Of a DNA stretch of 64,000 bases, positions 34,415 through 64,000 are shown piece after piece. Under the pieces are notes generated by a model that saw only the letters and a program-made list of their open reading frames with translations, had not been told where the DNA came from and ran no database searches. How positions within the stretch are numbered: position 1 is the first letter of the stretch; each line of letters begins with the position of its first letter. Made by a program: the position numbers and the translations under genes. This DNA comes from Chrysomallon squamiferum (taxonomy: Eukaryota; Animalia; Mollusca), in assembly GCA_012295275.1 (NCBI GenBank), contig CM022677.1, forward strand, positions 9,176,001-9,240,000. The letters are read 5' to 3'.

Positions 34415-34526
34415 ACATTTCTGTACCAAATAACGTTAAACTCAAAAATGTGTAAGATCAAATATATATAATCTATATATTTGATCTTATACATTTTTGA
34501 GTTAACGCTATTTGGTACAGAAATGT
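34415..34526. repeat. Near-perfect 112-bp palindrome/hairpin (MITE-like foldback)
   Basis: ACATTTCTGTACCAAATAACGTTAAACTCAAAAATGTGTAAGATCAAATATATA, a short loop, then its reverse complement with about 3 differences. Confidence 0.85.
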
Positions 34527-35423
34527 ACGAATATTTCTTTCTGTTTCTAGCTAATTTTGTGTATTTGCTCTTATCCATTCATTCAACCAAGCATCCATCC
34601 AGAACACAATTACTGATGAAATGACATACTTTTGATCGAAACGACAATAATACAAAAGATGATTTGGCACTTTTAAGTTGTTGCTGACGACATTTTCTTT
34701 ACTTAACAAAACACAAATAACTGTTATTATTACTCACTCTTTTGACACTTCTGTGTTTTTAACCTTGTTTTTAACCTTGTTTTTAACCTGTGTTTACTCC
34801 AGATATATGATACGTTTTACAAGTTTCTTCTTTCTGTATATATACAGAGACAGACTATATACACAGTATAAACAAACACACAGGCAGTAATCAATATATA
34901 TATATATATATATACCATTTGTCATTTTCACACACCAACACAGTCTCACAAACACAGTCACATCCACACACATTTCGTTCAGTTATTATTATATTTTTTT
35001 TCAGTGTTTATTTGCTAGTTTAGAAATCATTTCATTTGTCTTTGTTTTATTTTGGATTTTAGAATAAAAACAATAACTTGTTAGCGCTATCCGACTCATT
35101 TGAAAAGCAAATGTAACTTTCACCAGCAAAAAACCAAGTGTTGTTACGACAATAACCAGTTATTTCCTGTTTAAGTATTTCTTTTAAATTATTTTTTAAT
35201 GTCTTTCATTCATTTCAAACAGTTTTTCATTCTTTCATACTTTGTTATTTTTGTTTTTATTTATTATTATTATTTTTTTTTATTATTACTTTTTTATTTA
35301 ATTTATTTTATTATTATTTTTTTTTAGTTAATTCTAACTAGGACAATACTGCGAAAATGTTTTCGTAACGTTAGAAACTTAACCTACACCAACTAAACTG
35401 ATATCGTGATGCTGTGACTCACC

Positions 35424-35725
35424 TATGACGTCACAATGAAATGTAATACTTGTTGTTAGTGGGACAAAAATTTTCCGTAACCTTGACTACTTTTAATAAT
35501 AGTAAATCAGATAAATAAAAAAATAAATAAATAAATAAATAAAAAAATAAAAATAAAATTAAAATTAAAAAATAATAATAATAAATATAAAAATTAGCTC
35601 CGATAGCTCCAGATTTTTTTTTTTTTTGCTAAATGTTTTTATTATTATTTTAAACAAAGAATACCTTATATGTACTCTTTGAAATGAAGCGTCACAGCTA
35701 TAAAATAACATAAAATTGAATAAAG

Positions 35726-35757
<32 letters not shown>

Positions 35758-35760
35758 TAA

Positions 35761-35812
<52 letters not shown>

Positions 35813-36866
35813 TCATCATCATCATCATCATCACGACATCGACCACAATACCAGCAACTACAACAACAGTGGCAACCACAATAATGTATTATTATTGTAT
35901 TACGTGTCTCTCTGTCTGTCTGTCTGTTATTATATGTTATTAGTAATAATATTAGTAAGCTAAACAGAGAATATAGCTGACGTGTCCAATTTTTTTTATC
36001 TTAGTGATGAATCAGCAAATCCTAGGTATAGTAACACCAGGTTAGAACAAAGGCGCTGAACACCCCCAAAAAAAAAAAAAAAAAAAAAAAAAAACTTTTA
36101 TTTATTCTTTTACCGTGTCAGCCATATGACGTCACAATGAAATGTAATACTTGTTGTTACTAGGACAACATTTTTCCTTGACTTGACCTACATTTAAAAA
36201 TAGTAAATCAGAAGAAATCGTGACTTAAACTAAAAATAGATTTATTTTCTTTGTTAAAAGTTTTGATTTTTATTTTAAGCAGAGAAATCTATGTGGCGTA
36301 GCATCGATGTTTGAAATGAAGTCACATTTATAAAATATAAAATAATTAAAAAATGTAAAATTATATATACATATGAAAGAAAAAAGTAAATAAAAATAAG
36401 TAAATAAGGAAGTAAATAAGTAAATAAATAAATAAATAAATGATAACTGAAAAAGTAAATACCTAATTAAATAACTAAATAAATAATGAATAAATAGTTA
36501 AATGAATGAATGAGTAAATAATAACAATAATAACAATAGCGATAAAATAATAATAATAATAATAATAATAACAACATCATCACGACACCGACTACGACGA
36601 CCACCACCACCAACTACTACAACAGCAATAGCAACCACAGTAATGTATTATTATTGTATTCTGTCTGTCTATGTATGTTGTTAATAAAAATAAAAAACTG
36701 AACAGGAGACTATATCTGACGTGCCCATTGTGTTATCTAGTGACGTGTCACCAGATCTTGTGTGTGATGTTACCAGATCTTGTGTGTGATGTTACCAGAT
36801 CTTGTGTGTGATGTTACCAGATCTTGTGTGTGATGTTACCACATTTTAACAAAGGCGCTAAAAATG

Positions 36867-36947
<81 letters not shown>

Positions 36948-36952
36948 AAAAT
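35424..36952 (+). repeat. Diverged tandem duplication of a ~700-800-bp unit, each copy ending in poly(A)
   Basis: Both copies (about 35424-36094 and 36125-36952) start TATGACGTCACAATGAAATGTAATACTTGTTGTTA, share CATCATCACGACA...GCAACCACA.TAATGTATTATTATTGTATT, and end AACAAAGGCGCT...(A)n. Copy 2 has a 22-bp x4 internal repeat at 36751-36840. Confidence 0.75.
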
Positions 36953-37903
36953 ATTTCGTGTATTCTGTTACCAATCTCATATATTTCTTCAGTATTGTAT
37001 TCTTACTGGGTAGCTTGTAAGATCAGTCCTTTTGAATGGCTTATTACGATAATTCTCGTTCCAACTAGTACTATGTAGTATGATTATGTGAATCGATGGG
37101 TTAAAATTTCCGATTATGTGAAGGAGAATTTCTGAGATTTCTTTCTGTTAATGTACAAGAGAAAACACATCATCATCCATAATCTAGAAGGAAACAAATT
37201 TTACATGGGTAAATGAAATATTTCCATCTTGCATTCCTTTTATTGTTATTGGTGTTATTATTATTGTTTTATCCATTCATTCATTCATTTATTAGTTTTT
37301 ATTAGTTTTTATTTCCTTCATGAATCGTTCGTTCGTTCGTTCATTCGTTTTTCATTCAACCTTTCTTCGTTTATCATCATTAATTTCCTGAGTCGGGCAA
37401 TCTTTCTTTCTTCTCTCAATCATTCATTCCTTCATTCTTTCATTTTTAATTCATTCCTTTGTCCATCCCTGATTCATTATTTCTTTTCCCATCGCTCAAA
37501 CATCATTCGTTCATTCTTTATTATTCATTCATCCATTTATTCTTTCATCATTCAGTCATTCATTTCTCCTTTTGCCATCCACCATTCTCTTATTATAAAC
37601 AATACTGTACAGTTATGTATTGAAGGTAATTTGTTGTTTACTTAGGAAGAGAGGCAGTGGAGCGATGTATGTGTTCATTCAAAGACAGAACCGGAGTAAA
37701 CTGTATTCAAAATATTTATCAAAACCACTAGGATGACACACAAGTGTATCTTCGATCTTATTCTGTGGATTTCGTGCTTTCTGGAATATTTCTTTATATT
37801 TTGTTTATTTCAGAACCAATGGGGAAAAAAAGCTTCAATTAGAAATAAGTAAACTCTTTTACATACAATCATAAACGTTGGTGTATACTGTCTGCATAGC
37901 TGA

Positions 37904-37999
<96 letters not shown>

Positions 38000-38526
38000 C
38001 TCTCTCGTCCCTCTTCATTTTGTTTTTTTTATTCTTGTTGCGTTTCTCCAACGTTTTGTTCGTGTTTATTATTATTATTTTATGTTTATTTTTTTCGTCC
38101 GTGAATTATCAAAATGTCAGGTTTTTGTTTTACGATACACACCCTGTTTTTTTCTTTATTCAATCAACTAATTAATTTTTTTCTTCATTATAATCTTCTT
38201 TCTTTTCTTCTCTCTTTTTCTGTTTATCTATTCGTATTATTTATTATTTTCCATTTATTGTAAGAACTTTGATGACATTAATTCAGTGTTGTTTGATTCT
38301 AATTATGGCTTTATTTTTGATTAGTTTGTTACAAATTTGTTTTCGAACTTTCCTTCTTTTCATTTTCTCTATTATTATCATTTTTTTGTCAGTTGAAAGA
38401 ATGTATCTTGCTAATTAGTAAAAGACACACTTCAGTGCTAATGAATAAAATGAATAAGAAAGAAATCAGTGCAGCGGAAACAGACTGCACGCATGTCAAT
38501 CCTAGAAACAGACGATGTATGAAAGG

Positions 38527-38571
<45 letters not shown>

Positions 38572-38611
38572 AAGAAAAAGAGAAAAGTTATGAGTGAAGA
38601 TATATCTGTAG

Positions 38612-38677
<66 letters not shown>

Positions 38678-38718
38678 AGATAGATGGATGGAGATATAGG
38701 ATAGATAAGAGCAGGGAC

Positions 38719-38794
<76 letters not shown>

Positions 38795-39388
38795 AGTGTG
38801 TGTGATAATAATACTACTATTACTACTACTAATAATAGTAATAATGATAAATAGTAATAAGAATAACAGTAATAATAATAATATAAATAATAATATAAGT
38901 AATAAAAATAATGATAATGTTGATGATAATGATGATAATAATAATAATAATAAGAAGAAGAAGAAGAGAAGAAAGAAGAAGTAGTAGTAGTAGTAGTAGT
39001 AATAATAATAATAATAATAATAATAGTAATAATAGTTATAATAATAATAAATCTATAAATAAATAAATAATCATAATTAAAAAAAAATCCAGAAAAAAAC
39101 AAAACAACAACAAAATAACAGCAACAAAAAAACAAAAACAAACAGATAACAACAAATAAAGAAACAAAAAATAAATAAATAAAACAACAAAAAGAAAATG
39201 TTTTTATAATTAAATCTTTTATTCAACTTATCGCTTTACGAATGGAGAACATATCGGAACAACTACAGTTTCAGAGGGAAATACCTGTTGTGACGTCACA
39301 GAAATATTTCTAAACAGTTTACTTTAGTGAAATCCTTTGCGTCATAGTCAAATGAATGTGATAACTAAGAAATAACTTTTTAAATAAG

Positions 39389-39446
<58 letters not shown>

Positions 39447-40287
39447 TACTACTAATAATAAAATAAACAATAAAAAAAATGATATAAAATTATAATGAGG
39501 GAGAGAAAAAAAAGAAACAAGGAATAAAAAAGATAACATGAAACTAAGAAATATAAACAAATAAAGAGAGAGATAAATAAATATATTAAAAAGAGGGAAA
39601 TAAATAAGTAAAAAAAGTAAGTAATAAATAAATAAACAAATAAATAAATACATTTATTACTAAAGCTTCATGATGAAAGTTATTAATGAAACATTAACGT
39701 ACATTTCTGCATGTGCACGTAAGTAATTTATAACTTACTGTAAGTGAAAACTGTTCTGTTGGGTTTTTCTTTATAAATTCCAAAATTTATTATTATTTTA
39801 GTTGGTGCTGCGTTGCCTTGTTTTCTTATTTTATTACTGCATTTATTAATCAGTTTACAATAGATTTTAATGAAATATAATAAATAAATAAATAAAATAA
39901 ATAAATAAATAAATAATTAATAAATATGAAAAAATGAAAAATAATTTAAATATATTACGTAATTTGTTAAAAACTTCATATTTTAATAGACTGAAATGTT
40001 AGCCCAAACTACAGCTAAAATGTCGGAAATATTGCGTCATTTTACATTTCATCACACCACAGATCTATAACAAACTAAAAGGTTTACAATAATTAATTAA
40101 TTATAAGCGAGCAATATTTTTCTTTAGATTTCTCATGCGATTTTAAAGTCATACTGAATCATCATCAAAGACAAAGAAACTATAAGGGTTAAATCTCCAG
40201 ACTGAACTTCTGTTTGAACAGTGGGTCAATTTTTGCCAGTGTCTCGCTTGATTTATTATTTTGGTTTTCTCTTCACAATAATATGAG

Positions 40288-53860
<13,573 letters not shown>

Positions 53861-54033
53861 CTGAAACGAACAGATTGAAGAGAATGAGAAACAGAAATAA
53901 AAACACCGGGTTTTTTTGTAGTGTTTTGTCTCTCTTTTTATAAACTCAGATATCTAGGACTTGTAACTATGTAATATAAACAGATTTACATATATACACA
54001 CACTCACACACACACACACACACTGAGAAATAG

Positions 54034-54313
<280 letters not shown>

Positions 54314-57015
54314 GAACATCTTGTTGACCAAAAGAGAGAAACCATTAGGATGAAAAACACGAAAGTATTAGCAACACCATTCAGAAAAAACTACAACCAA
54401 GAATAACCAGAATAGTACAGCGAGGAAGAAATATAAACACAGGCATATACTCTAATTCAGAATTAATAATTTCTCTTTGTAATCAGAAGTCTTATTGAAG
54501 CTGCACTGGAATTAAAACTGATATAAATTTATATAAATATAAATCTTGTATGTATGATGTAGTAGAGCTAACTTTGTTATGACAATACAAGGGTGCACAT
54601 TTTGATTAGAGTTACTAATCATGCATGCATAATCAACATTTCGTTTTCCTTCTCTTTTTTATGTCTGGCTTGTATTGTTTTTATATTTTATCTGCAGTTA
54701 GATATGTTACTCAAGTTGCTGCTGTTGCTGCTATATAACAGTGTTATGACATCTGTATTAATACGTACTTGCCAGACTACGCATTTGTTATAATCATTTT
54801 ATTCATTTTGTTTCTTTTTAAAACCTACTGTGTTTATTATTTTCTTTCATTATTTTTTTTTACAAACATTTAAATGTTAAGACAATTCAGTTATCATTTA
54901 TCTTTTCATTTCTCTGTGTGCAGTAAACTCTCATATTTGAAAAAATGAAGAAAAAAAAGAAGAATATCATAACCAGTTAAGAATTAATTTATCACTGAAT
55001 TATCGCCATGACAATCGAATCAGAAAAACAACAATGCAGGAATCGAGAACTAAGTTGTTGGTGTTTGGTTGTTTTCTTAAATGGTGTTTACACGGTTCTT
55101 TGCGGCTACTAATAGTATTTCGCCAGAGAAATCCCAGACCATCCGATAACATTTAGCTATTATCTGAAATAAAGCTGCAACTATTGCAGACGAGTTTGTG
55201 GCCAGATTAAAAGCTGACTGTCAACACTTGTTGGTTTGCCTTATCGCTTACGCTAAGAGAGTCACGGAAGAAATAATAATCAAACAATGCGAAAGATGTT
55301 TGTTCTGGAGTGTACTCCTTTCATTAGCCAGTGAATAAATACTGAAGATGTTATTAATTGACCAGAATGTTGTTTTTGTCAGTAGGCATAAATTACGTAA
55401 TTAATTATTTTGTCCCCTACAGATATTATATTCTCTCTTATAGTAATATACTGTGTTGGTTGGAGGTTTGTGTCAGCCGTCTTTAGATATTATTTTAAGT
55501 CACCTTTGAGCCATTTGTAAACGGTTATACAGTAGTGTATCTGCATACTGTACAAACAGAATAGAGAAAATCAGCTCAAAATACTTTACTTGTTATTACT
55601 TCAAAATACAAATAGAGGTAATCATTTTTTTTTCTTCGTCTTATTTATTTATTCATTTATTATTGATATTTTCTTTTTTTTTTTTTATTCTTTTTTTTTT
55701 CTTTTTTTTTTTCATAAATAAATGATCTAAAGAAATTTCAACTTGTAACTTTTTTTAAATTTATATAACTCTTACACATATTACAGAACATAAAAATAAA
55801 TAGGTGAAATTATAATGTCTTGTACTAGAATGTGTACTATACAATACACATTTACAGACGAAATATAAAGTGCTGGAGTCGCTAGTGTACAGAATACTGA
55901 CAACTGAGACTGAGATGCTGTTTTCACGACCAACGTTCTGGTTCAGTGTAACGACTGGTCGGAAAGTTGGTCGTAAGTCCGTGCTGTCGTCAAACAGATG
56001 TCAAGTGTCTATGTGTAGACTTATACGTCTACTCTCGTTCATCGACATTAACTGACACACTGTAGACTCATGTACGCCGATCTACTCCAAACATTTATAA
56101 ATACCAAGTACATATCTGACTCATTTACATGTACGTACACCCACACTGCACCCACGCAAATACACTCAAAGATGCACACATACAAATACAGACACTCAGA
56201 TACACACGTACTCAACAAACTACTCTGAATAAGCTTCAGTTACACGTATCTCTCTCTCTCTTTTTCTCTCTCTCTCTCATGTAAATGTCTGTGTTTGTCT
56301 TTAACGTAAATTCGTATACATTTCTTCTCGCCTCTCCCATTCGTTGTATCCTACACGATAACAGATAAAACTGAAATAACGTCCTCCGCCGTCATTCATA
56401 TAAAAATCTGTCACATTTGGAAGAAATCTTTTTCTTATCCCTTACTTCTCATCCCTGACTAATTTAATTTTCTCTTCTTTAAGTCTCTTTGATTCGTTTG
56501 ATCAATCATACACTCGTGATTTCCGCAATGCCAATAAAACTCAAGACGCCGTTATCATATTTCGAGCAGGTATAAGCCCGAATCGTTGCCGCATGCCCCT
56601 TCCATTCTACGTCAATTTTTCCAATTAAGCCAACGGATTTATTTTATTCGTTTAACGTAAGCCGATCCAGAATTTAGAATGACACACGGGAGTCGGATGA
56701 CAGAAGGCTAAGACGACCGATAAAAACAAAATGGCGTTTAGCAATTTATTGGCCGATGGTCAGTGCTGATAGCAGCCGCCAGTGGTTTGAGAGTTCGGTG
56801 CTGGATTGATGGCGTGTTTAGGAGAAACGGTTCAAGATGTGACTGGAGTGAAGATAACGCCAGTTATCGGCCCTTGAATTAAAATCGAGAAAATGGCGTC
56901 ATTTGTGTCGCTTGATGATAGACATCTTTTCAATTATTTTATTTTTAGTTTGCCATTTTCATTAATTTATTTAGTAATTAATTCATTTATTTTATTTCTC
57001 CTTGCTATCAGTTGA

Positions 57016-57066
<51 letters not shown>

Positions 57067-58854
57067 TATTTATATGATACTAAAACCTGTTCAGTAGTTA
57101 TAGAAATAACAGTCCTTGTAATACTAGAAGAAGCTTTAACTAATGTTATTAGTTATAGAAGTAGCCATATAATGGTAATAGAAGTCACCAGATTTTTGGT
57201 AATGTAAGTTGCGATATTAGACGTAATAACTGATGGTGATAGTAACATCAGTAGTATAATTGTTGAAGTTGTAGCAGTAGTAGTAGAAATAGTCGCAGTG
57301 GCAGCATATATGTGTGTGTGTATTTTACTTTCAGTAACTTTATCATTTTTCAAATTCAGTCGTCTATCTTTAGAATTATTAATACCATTTTATTCTCATA
57401 TGTAAATTCCTCCATGGAATTTACGCTCCTACTAAAAAATATTAGAGTTACTAATCTCAGTAGAAAGGTTATAATTAAAGAAAAATTTCCATATTTGATT
57501 TATTACCAGGTGTTACAGCAGGCTTTGAAATTTATAAACCAAAATTCAATTATCTCCTTGTCTTATCCTTCTTTGCATGCATATAAAGCCCCCAAAAAGC
57601 TTAGGACTTTTGTATGAACGGTTTTTCTTAAACCGCCTGTCTCGTGTAAAATATTGCCCGATAACAAGTTTATACACCCCCGTCTCAGTTTTTAAAACGA
57701 AGTAATAAAAGTATCTCCATGCTTGAAACAAAGGATAATAATCCCATAATTCTGTGCGAGAAAGGATATGACTTACTAAAAAAAAGATTCCCAGGATTAT
57801 TTTTAAAATCAAGGGATATAACTCTGAAGAAAGTAATTTTAGAATCTGTAGAAAAGTGGATGAAAGTAATAATGTAAAAAATAATAATAGTAGTAAAAAA
57901 GGGATAATTTAAAAAAAAATGAAATTCTAAAGAATTTTTTTAGGATGTTTTTCTGTTCAATCTTTTCCTTTTTTAGCTGTTCTTCGTGTTGTTTTTTTTT
58001 TTTGTGTGTGGGTTTTTTTAAAGTATTTTTCGATTCTTGTCATTGATTTAAATTCAGTTTTGTGTTTCTCTATATCTGTTTTTTGTTGTTGTTTTTTGTT
58101 TTAATAATCTATTTTGTCAGTCTGTCTGTTTGTTATTTTGTTAAATTCCGTGTATTTCATAGAGCGCAATACAAAAATTAATATGTGTGTGTATGTGTGT
58201 GTGTGTGTGTGTATTAAAAATATAAAACCACATAGAGATAGGAAGAGAAGGGACAGACACAGGTCTGTGAACATATACATATACATAAATATATACATAC
58301 ATACATCCTTCAATTAAATATAAATCAAAAATACAAAATATTAAGTTTACTTTTGCCAACAAATATGATCTTTTTATCAGATATCTAGATAATCAAATTA
58401 AATATTAATACGTCTGTGGACACATCAATGAAAGAGTCGAGTATCTTCAACGGACATCATCACTTTAACTCTAAACTTCTTACATCTACTCTACTTTGAT
58501 AATAATAATCTGCCGCCGAAATAATATTCTCGTAAACAAGCGCGAATTCTCTGGATTTTTTCCAGACCTATCAAAGAGAAATCTGTTTGGCCCTGTCCCA
58601 CGCTTCGTATCTGATCTGACAGATGCTAATACTATTATTAATATTTTTAATATTCACTTGATTTAATAATTTTCTAATAAGTTTATTTATTAGCTGTCAG
58701 TTAATTTTGTCAGTCAAGATTGCTTTGTTCCGTCATCGTAAGCGGAACGGGTCTTTGATCGTTCGTGTTATTTCGGAATCATTCGTTAATTTCGCTCGTA
58801 GATAGATGTAGATGTAATGAATGTTTACGTAGAATTAAATATAAAAATTAAAAA

Positions 58855-59154
<300 letters not shown>

Positions 59155-59865
59155 GTATCCACATACATATAGAGGCATATAGAAATAAAAAGAATAGAAA
59201 CTTTTGCACTAGACGATCTTGAAAACAATCTTTACTGATGCAGTTCTCAAAAACGTAGACAATTCCAATCACGACATGGTAATTAATCCGGAAACTTATC
59301 GTTAAAAGACTTTAAAATTCGGAATGTAGCAATTAATCGGCAGTCTTACTTTTAAAGTTGTTAAAACATGGACGAACTCATCAGTAATTTGATTGCAACA
59401 AGTTTCTCCCAGAAATGGCGCTGCAGACGATTAGAGTTTCTTTCTAAATTGATGTTGAATCGAGACAACAAAACACGTTCATTGGTTTTAGATCAACGAA
59501 CGGAATTGTATTCTCAACTCATGTACCAAATTTCCTTTACAAATGACGAAAACACTGCCGTAGAGAAACGAAATAAACCGATGATTGACGGACATATCCT
59601 ATAAGATTAAATAAATTACTAAATGGAATTAACTAACGAGAAAAAAGATTACTAACAAAAAAAAAAAAGAAAAACAAAAAAAAAGGAATTAAAAAAAATA
59701 AAATAAACAAAGAGAAAAAAAACTGAAGGAAAAAACCAAAAACAAAGTTGAAACAACAAATAAACAATTCATCAGAAGATCAACATAATTTTGTCCTAGG
59801 TTTCATATAAATGCCACACCTACAACTGAAACAACCACACACTCGTAACATACAGCCGCACCCCC

Positions 59866-59897
<32 letters not shown>

Positions 59898-60239
59898 GTA
59901 CGGAATAACCTTCCTAGAATTAACTGGTTAATTAAAACAAATTAAGCGTTTAGGTGTATTGTTATCTAGAAATAACCTTTAACAGTTACGTTACGGAAAA
60001 CAAAGCTCGCAGGAGGCTGAGATAAGAAGAGTTTTTGTTAGCGGGATAAAGTCTCCCAGTCGTCCGTGAAGCGGCTCACGAAATTACTCAGTGTTCGGAA
60101 AAGAAGAAAAATACTGTAAATAAATTATTCACAGCGTGTTGACTGGTTTATTTAGATAATGATAGGAGTTACTTTTTTATCAGAGAGAAAACATATCTAA
60201 TTTATTCTTATTTATTCTTATTTATCTTGCTGTTTATCT

Positions 60240-60359
<120 letters not shown>

Positions 60360-60751
60360 ATCTGTCACACTCTCTCTCTCTCTCGTTCTGTTTCGCAGGT
60401 CTTAACTTCTGTCTTCTTTTCTCTCTCTCTCTGCTAGACATTATTTTGTTAGTATATTTTACCTTTGATGAATAAGAAAGAATTAGCAAATTCAATTAGC
60501 ACGTTACACGTTATCTTTGACTATTTTATTTACTTTTTATTATAACTATTCTTTAAATCGTCATAATCATTTTCATCATCATCAAAATCATTTTCTTGTA
60601 ACTTTTCCCTTTCATTTCCTTCATGTTTTTAAAATTATTATTCTATTATCGCTAAAAGATTGGTAAATACAGACATTTTATTATTATGATAGAAATTTAT
60701 AGAAGTAACGTTTAGTCGACAAATTTAAATTCATCTAAATAAACAAACTAA

Positions 60752-60790
<39 letters not shown>

Positions 60791-61765
60791 GTAAATGCAT
60801 ACTCTCGCCAATTACAAATATAATAATAATTTGTTCATATTTAAATCACATTAAACTTTAAATATGTGCAGGTTTGCTCTTTAATTATTTCTGTGGTTGT
60901 TAATGATGTTTAAAATCTATTATTTAGTCAACAAAAAAGCGGATTATAAATATTCATTTTAAATTTTAAGATCTCTCGAAACCAAAACGTAAATTTAATC
61001 AAGAAAGTAGTTACGGTAATTGGGACTATATCGGCTTGCGTTAAGATACCAAATAAAATCCCTTTTGTGATCCGCCGGAAATAGTGGGAGGAAAATGGCG
61101 CCGTAGCGTAGAGACGTTCATGATCTGTGTTTCGGTTTGCGTATTTCGTTTTCCCAATGGATTCTTTATGTTAAAGTTTGGCGAATATTTCTTTTCTCTT
61201 GACCTTTCAATCGATAAAGTGCAACGAAACCGAAACGGTGTATCTTTTTTTTTATTATAAATTTAAAAGATTCAGTTTCCAGTGCTAATCCCTGCTGGCG
61301 ATGACACAAAGCGACGGAGTGACACATTAATTGTTTTAAGAGATTTACTGTGCGACTCAGTTAGATGTTAAGCCACGGAATCCGGTGTTTGAACGGATTA
61401 CACACCACGTCTCGACAGTGTGTGTGTGTGTTGACATAAATACGTCAGTTAAGAGGCATTAAAAGTGGAAAATAAAAGAAAGAACGGGTTTATTGGTTTC
61501 TGTCAAGCTACCATTGAATGTTTGTGTTATTAAAGACGCATAATGAGATGGAAAACCGCCCTCGGTTATAAGCTGCTTATGTTTATTTATTAATTATAAC
61601 AGAAAAACCTTAACCGATATCGTAATTAGATCTGTATTTACATGCATACATACATAGATACATACATCTCATTAAGTGTCCCTAATAACACAAACACACA
61701 ATGGTACATATATACATACGTACTACCTACCTACCTATCTACATACATACATACACATACATACA

Positions 61766-61798
<33 letters not shown>

Positions 61799-61820
61799 GC
61801 ATACATACATACATACATAC

Positions 61821-61854
<34 letters not shown>

Positions 61855-62572
61855 TTGTGTGTGTGTCTCTCTCTATATAATATATAGATGTTTATATTTG
61901 AGTATGTGTGTGTGTGCGTGCATGTCTATATTCATATACGTCTATCTATCTGTCTGTCTATCTCTCTATGTATACACACACACACAGACACAAATACACC
62001 TATCATAGACAGCAGAATAAAAATAAATAACGCAGCTTTTGTGATCGGAACGGAAGATAACGGTTATATTATGCATGATTACCTTACTATGCTTTACTAA
62101 CGTTATATCGGTTGCTCGCCATTATAAATTATAAACATTCTCGTTTCGGTTCGGTTCTTTGCCGTCTGTTACGATAAACACACAGTGCCCGCGAATCTGC
62201 AGAGGCGTAACATAAACCATTTAAGCAGATGACAACGATAAATAAATAAATAAGTAAACAAGATTTTAATTTGTGCAGTCTGTCTCTTTAATTTGGTATA
62301 AAACGAGTTGTAAAATAATAACTGTTTCTTCCGGTCTGCATGCTGTATACTGAATTATGTGTATGAAATACAACTGTTACTAAAAACCATCTGATCCCTT
62401 CTAAATAAATATATATAAACATTATTATTTTTTAATTAACATTTTCTTAATATATGTCATTTATTATATTTTCACTAAATGGGGACATTGTTTGTTAATG
62501 CAAATTATTTTGTATTTATTACTTTGTACTCTTAATACTATTTCCACCACCATCATCATCATCATCATCATC

Positions 62573-62647
<75 letters not shown>

Positions 62648-63441
62648 GTCTGTCTCTCTCTATTTCTTTCATTGCATACGTTCCTATTTATTTACTTATT
62701 TATTTATTTTATTGTTCATTTTTTATAATGTTTTTGTTTTTATGTATGTTTATAAAAATGGAGTTACCGTTTAACAATTTATAAATAATAAGGAAAGGAA
62801 GAAAAAAGAAAGAAGAGAAAAAAAGAAAAGGAAAGAAACGAAAAAGAAAAATACTTTATGCATTTTCGATTTCTAACAATTCTCTCAGAGGGTATCGATT
62901 GTCCAGGCATGTACTTTCAAAAATAACTTGTAAAACGCTCTATTAAAAACGAGACTCTTTGTGACCTTTGACACTACGTCAGATAGATCAGTTAAGCGCG
63001 CACGTATAGTCGCGCGAACTAATCCCCGCGGCGATGAACTGCCGCCTAACAGGAAAGCTGCCGTCTGCTTTGCAGTTCACGATGATTGACGAACCAGCTA
63101 TCGTAAATCTCCGGAGGATTCCGTATTTTTCTTTTTCCATGCAGCTCTTTAATCAACAGCAGATGAGAATTAATATCAAATGTACATTTTTTAAATTTAA
63201 TCTTTTTATTTTATTTTATTTTTTATTTATATTTTTATTTATTTATTTATTTTTTGATTTGCTATCACTTCGGTTTTTGTGTTTGTTTGTTTGGTTGTTG
63301 TTTTTTGTTTGTTTTTTTGTTTAGTATTCAATTTTTTTTCTCGCGTTTGTTACCTGTTATAACTTTTTAACGTTCTTATTTCATTGAGTTTATCAAAAAC
63401 TGACAAGATAAATATATTCATGTTCGTGTATGAGTGTGACG

Positions 63442-63527
<86 letters not shown>

Positions 63528-63634
63528 ATCTAGCAGGAATTTAAGGATACACACTGAACTTTTAAATTTCCTCTGTTAACCCGTAAATTATTAAGTAGGA
63601 AAAATCTATTTCATTTTGTTTCCCGTCATGCAAT

Positions 63635-63870
63635 ACTCCTTTACTAATCTCCGTATTAATTAATATTTATGAGTTGTTAGTATATAAGTAACAATTAATA
63701 CAATTTATTAAATCTCTCAGTTAATATTTATGAACTGTCAATTATATAAGTAACAATTAATATTCTTTATTAACTCTGTGAATTAATAAATAATTTATGG
63801 GTTGGCAGTTATATGAGCACACCTTTTATTAAATCTCTGAAATAATTAATGTTTATGAGGGTGTCAGTTA
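63635..63870. repeat. Degenerate ~60-bp tandem repeat (4 units)
   Basis: Recurring TTAATATTTATGAG..GTCAGTTATATAAGTAACAATTAATA...TTTATTAAATCTCT. Confidence 0.6.
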
Positions 63871-64000
63871 CGTAACTGTAGTAATGAATTCAACGAATTC
63901 AACGTAACTAACGTTTCGAAAGGGCGTAGTAATCAAACTGTCGTAACCCAGCTGTCGTAAAACAGAAAAAGTACTGAAATACAAGGAACAAACGATGGAC

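Overview
AT-rich, microsatellite-dense eukaryotic DNA. It is most likely an invertebrate animal, possibly a mollusc, but the species cannot be determined from sequence. I reconstructed three intron-containing genes by hand. (1) A + strand RFX5/RFX7-subfamily transcription factor (1571-13799, 8 exons). It has a minor-spliceosome (U12-type) intron with non-canonical AT-AA ends inside the DNA-binding domain, a 6.8-kb terminal exon broken by one frameshift, an in-frame copy of its own coding sequence in an intron, and a perfect X-box inside its CDS. (2) A - strand 16-exon type-I membrane protein of about 688 aa (32735-21258) with two ependymin/LolA-like repeats, a furin-type site, and CLEAR plus M-box motifs upstream. 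(3) A - strand histidine decarboxylase (53860-40288; first coding exon not found in the window) with a 20-nt microexon. Several minisatellites start exactly at splice sites and multiply the splice signal. Most other ORF-track entries are microsatellite artefacts.
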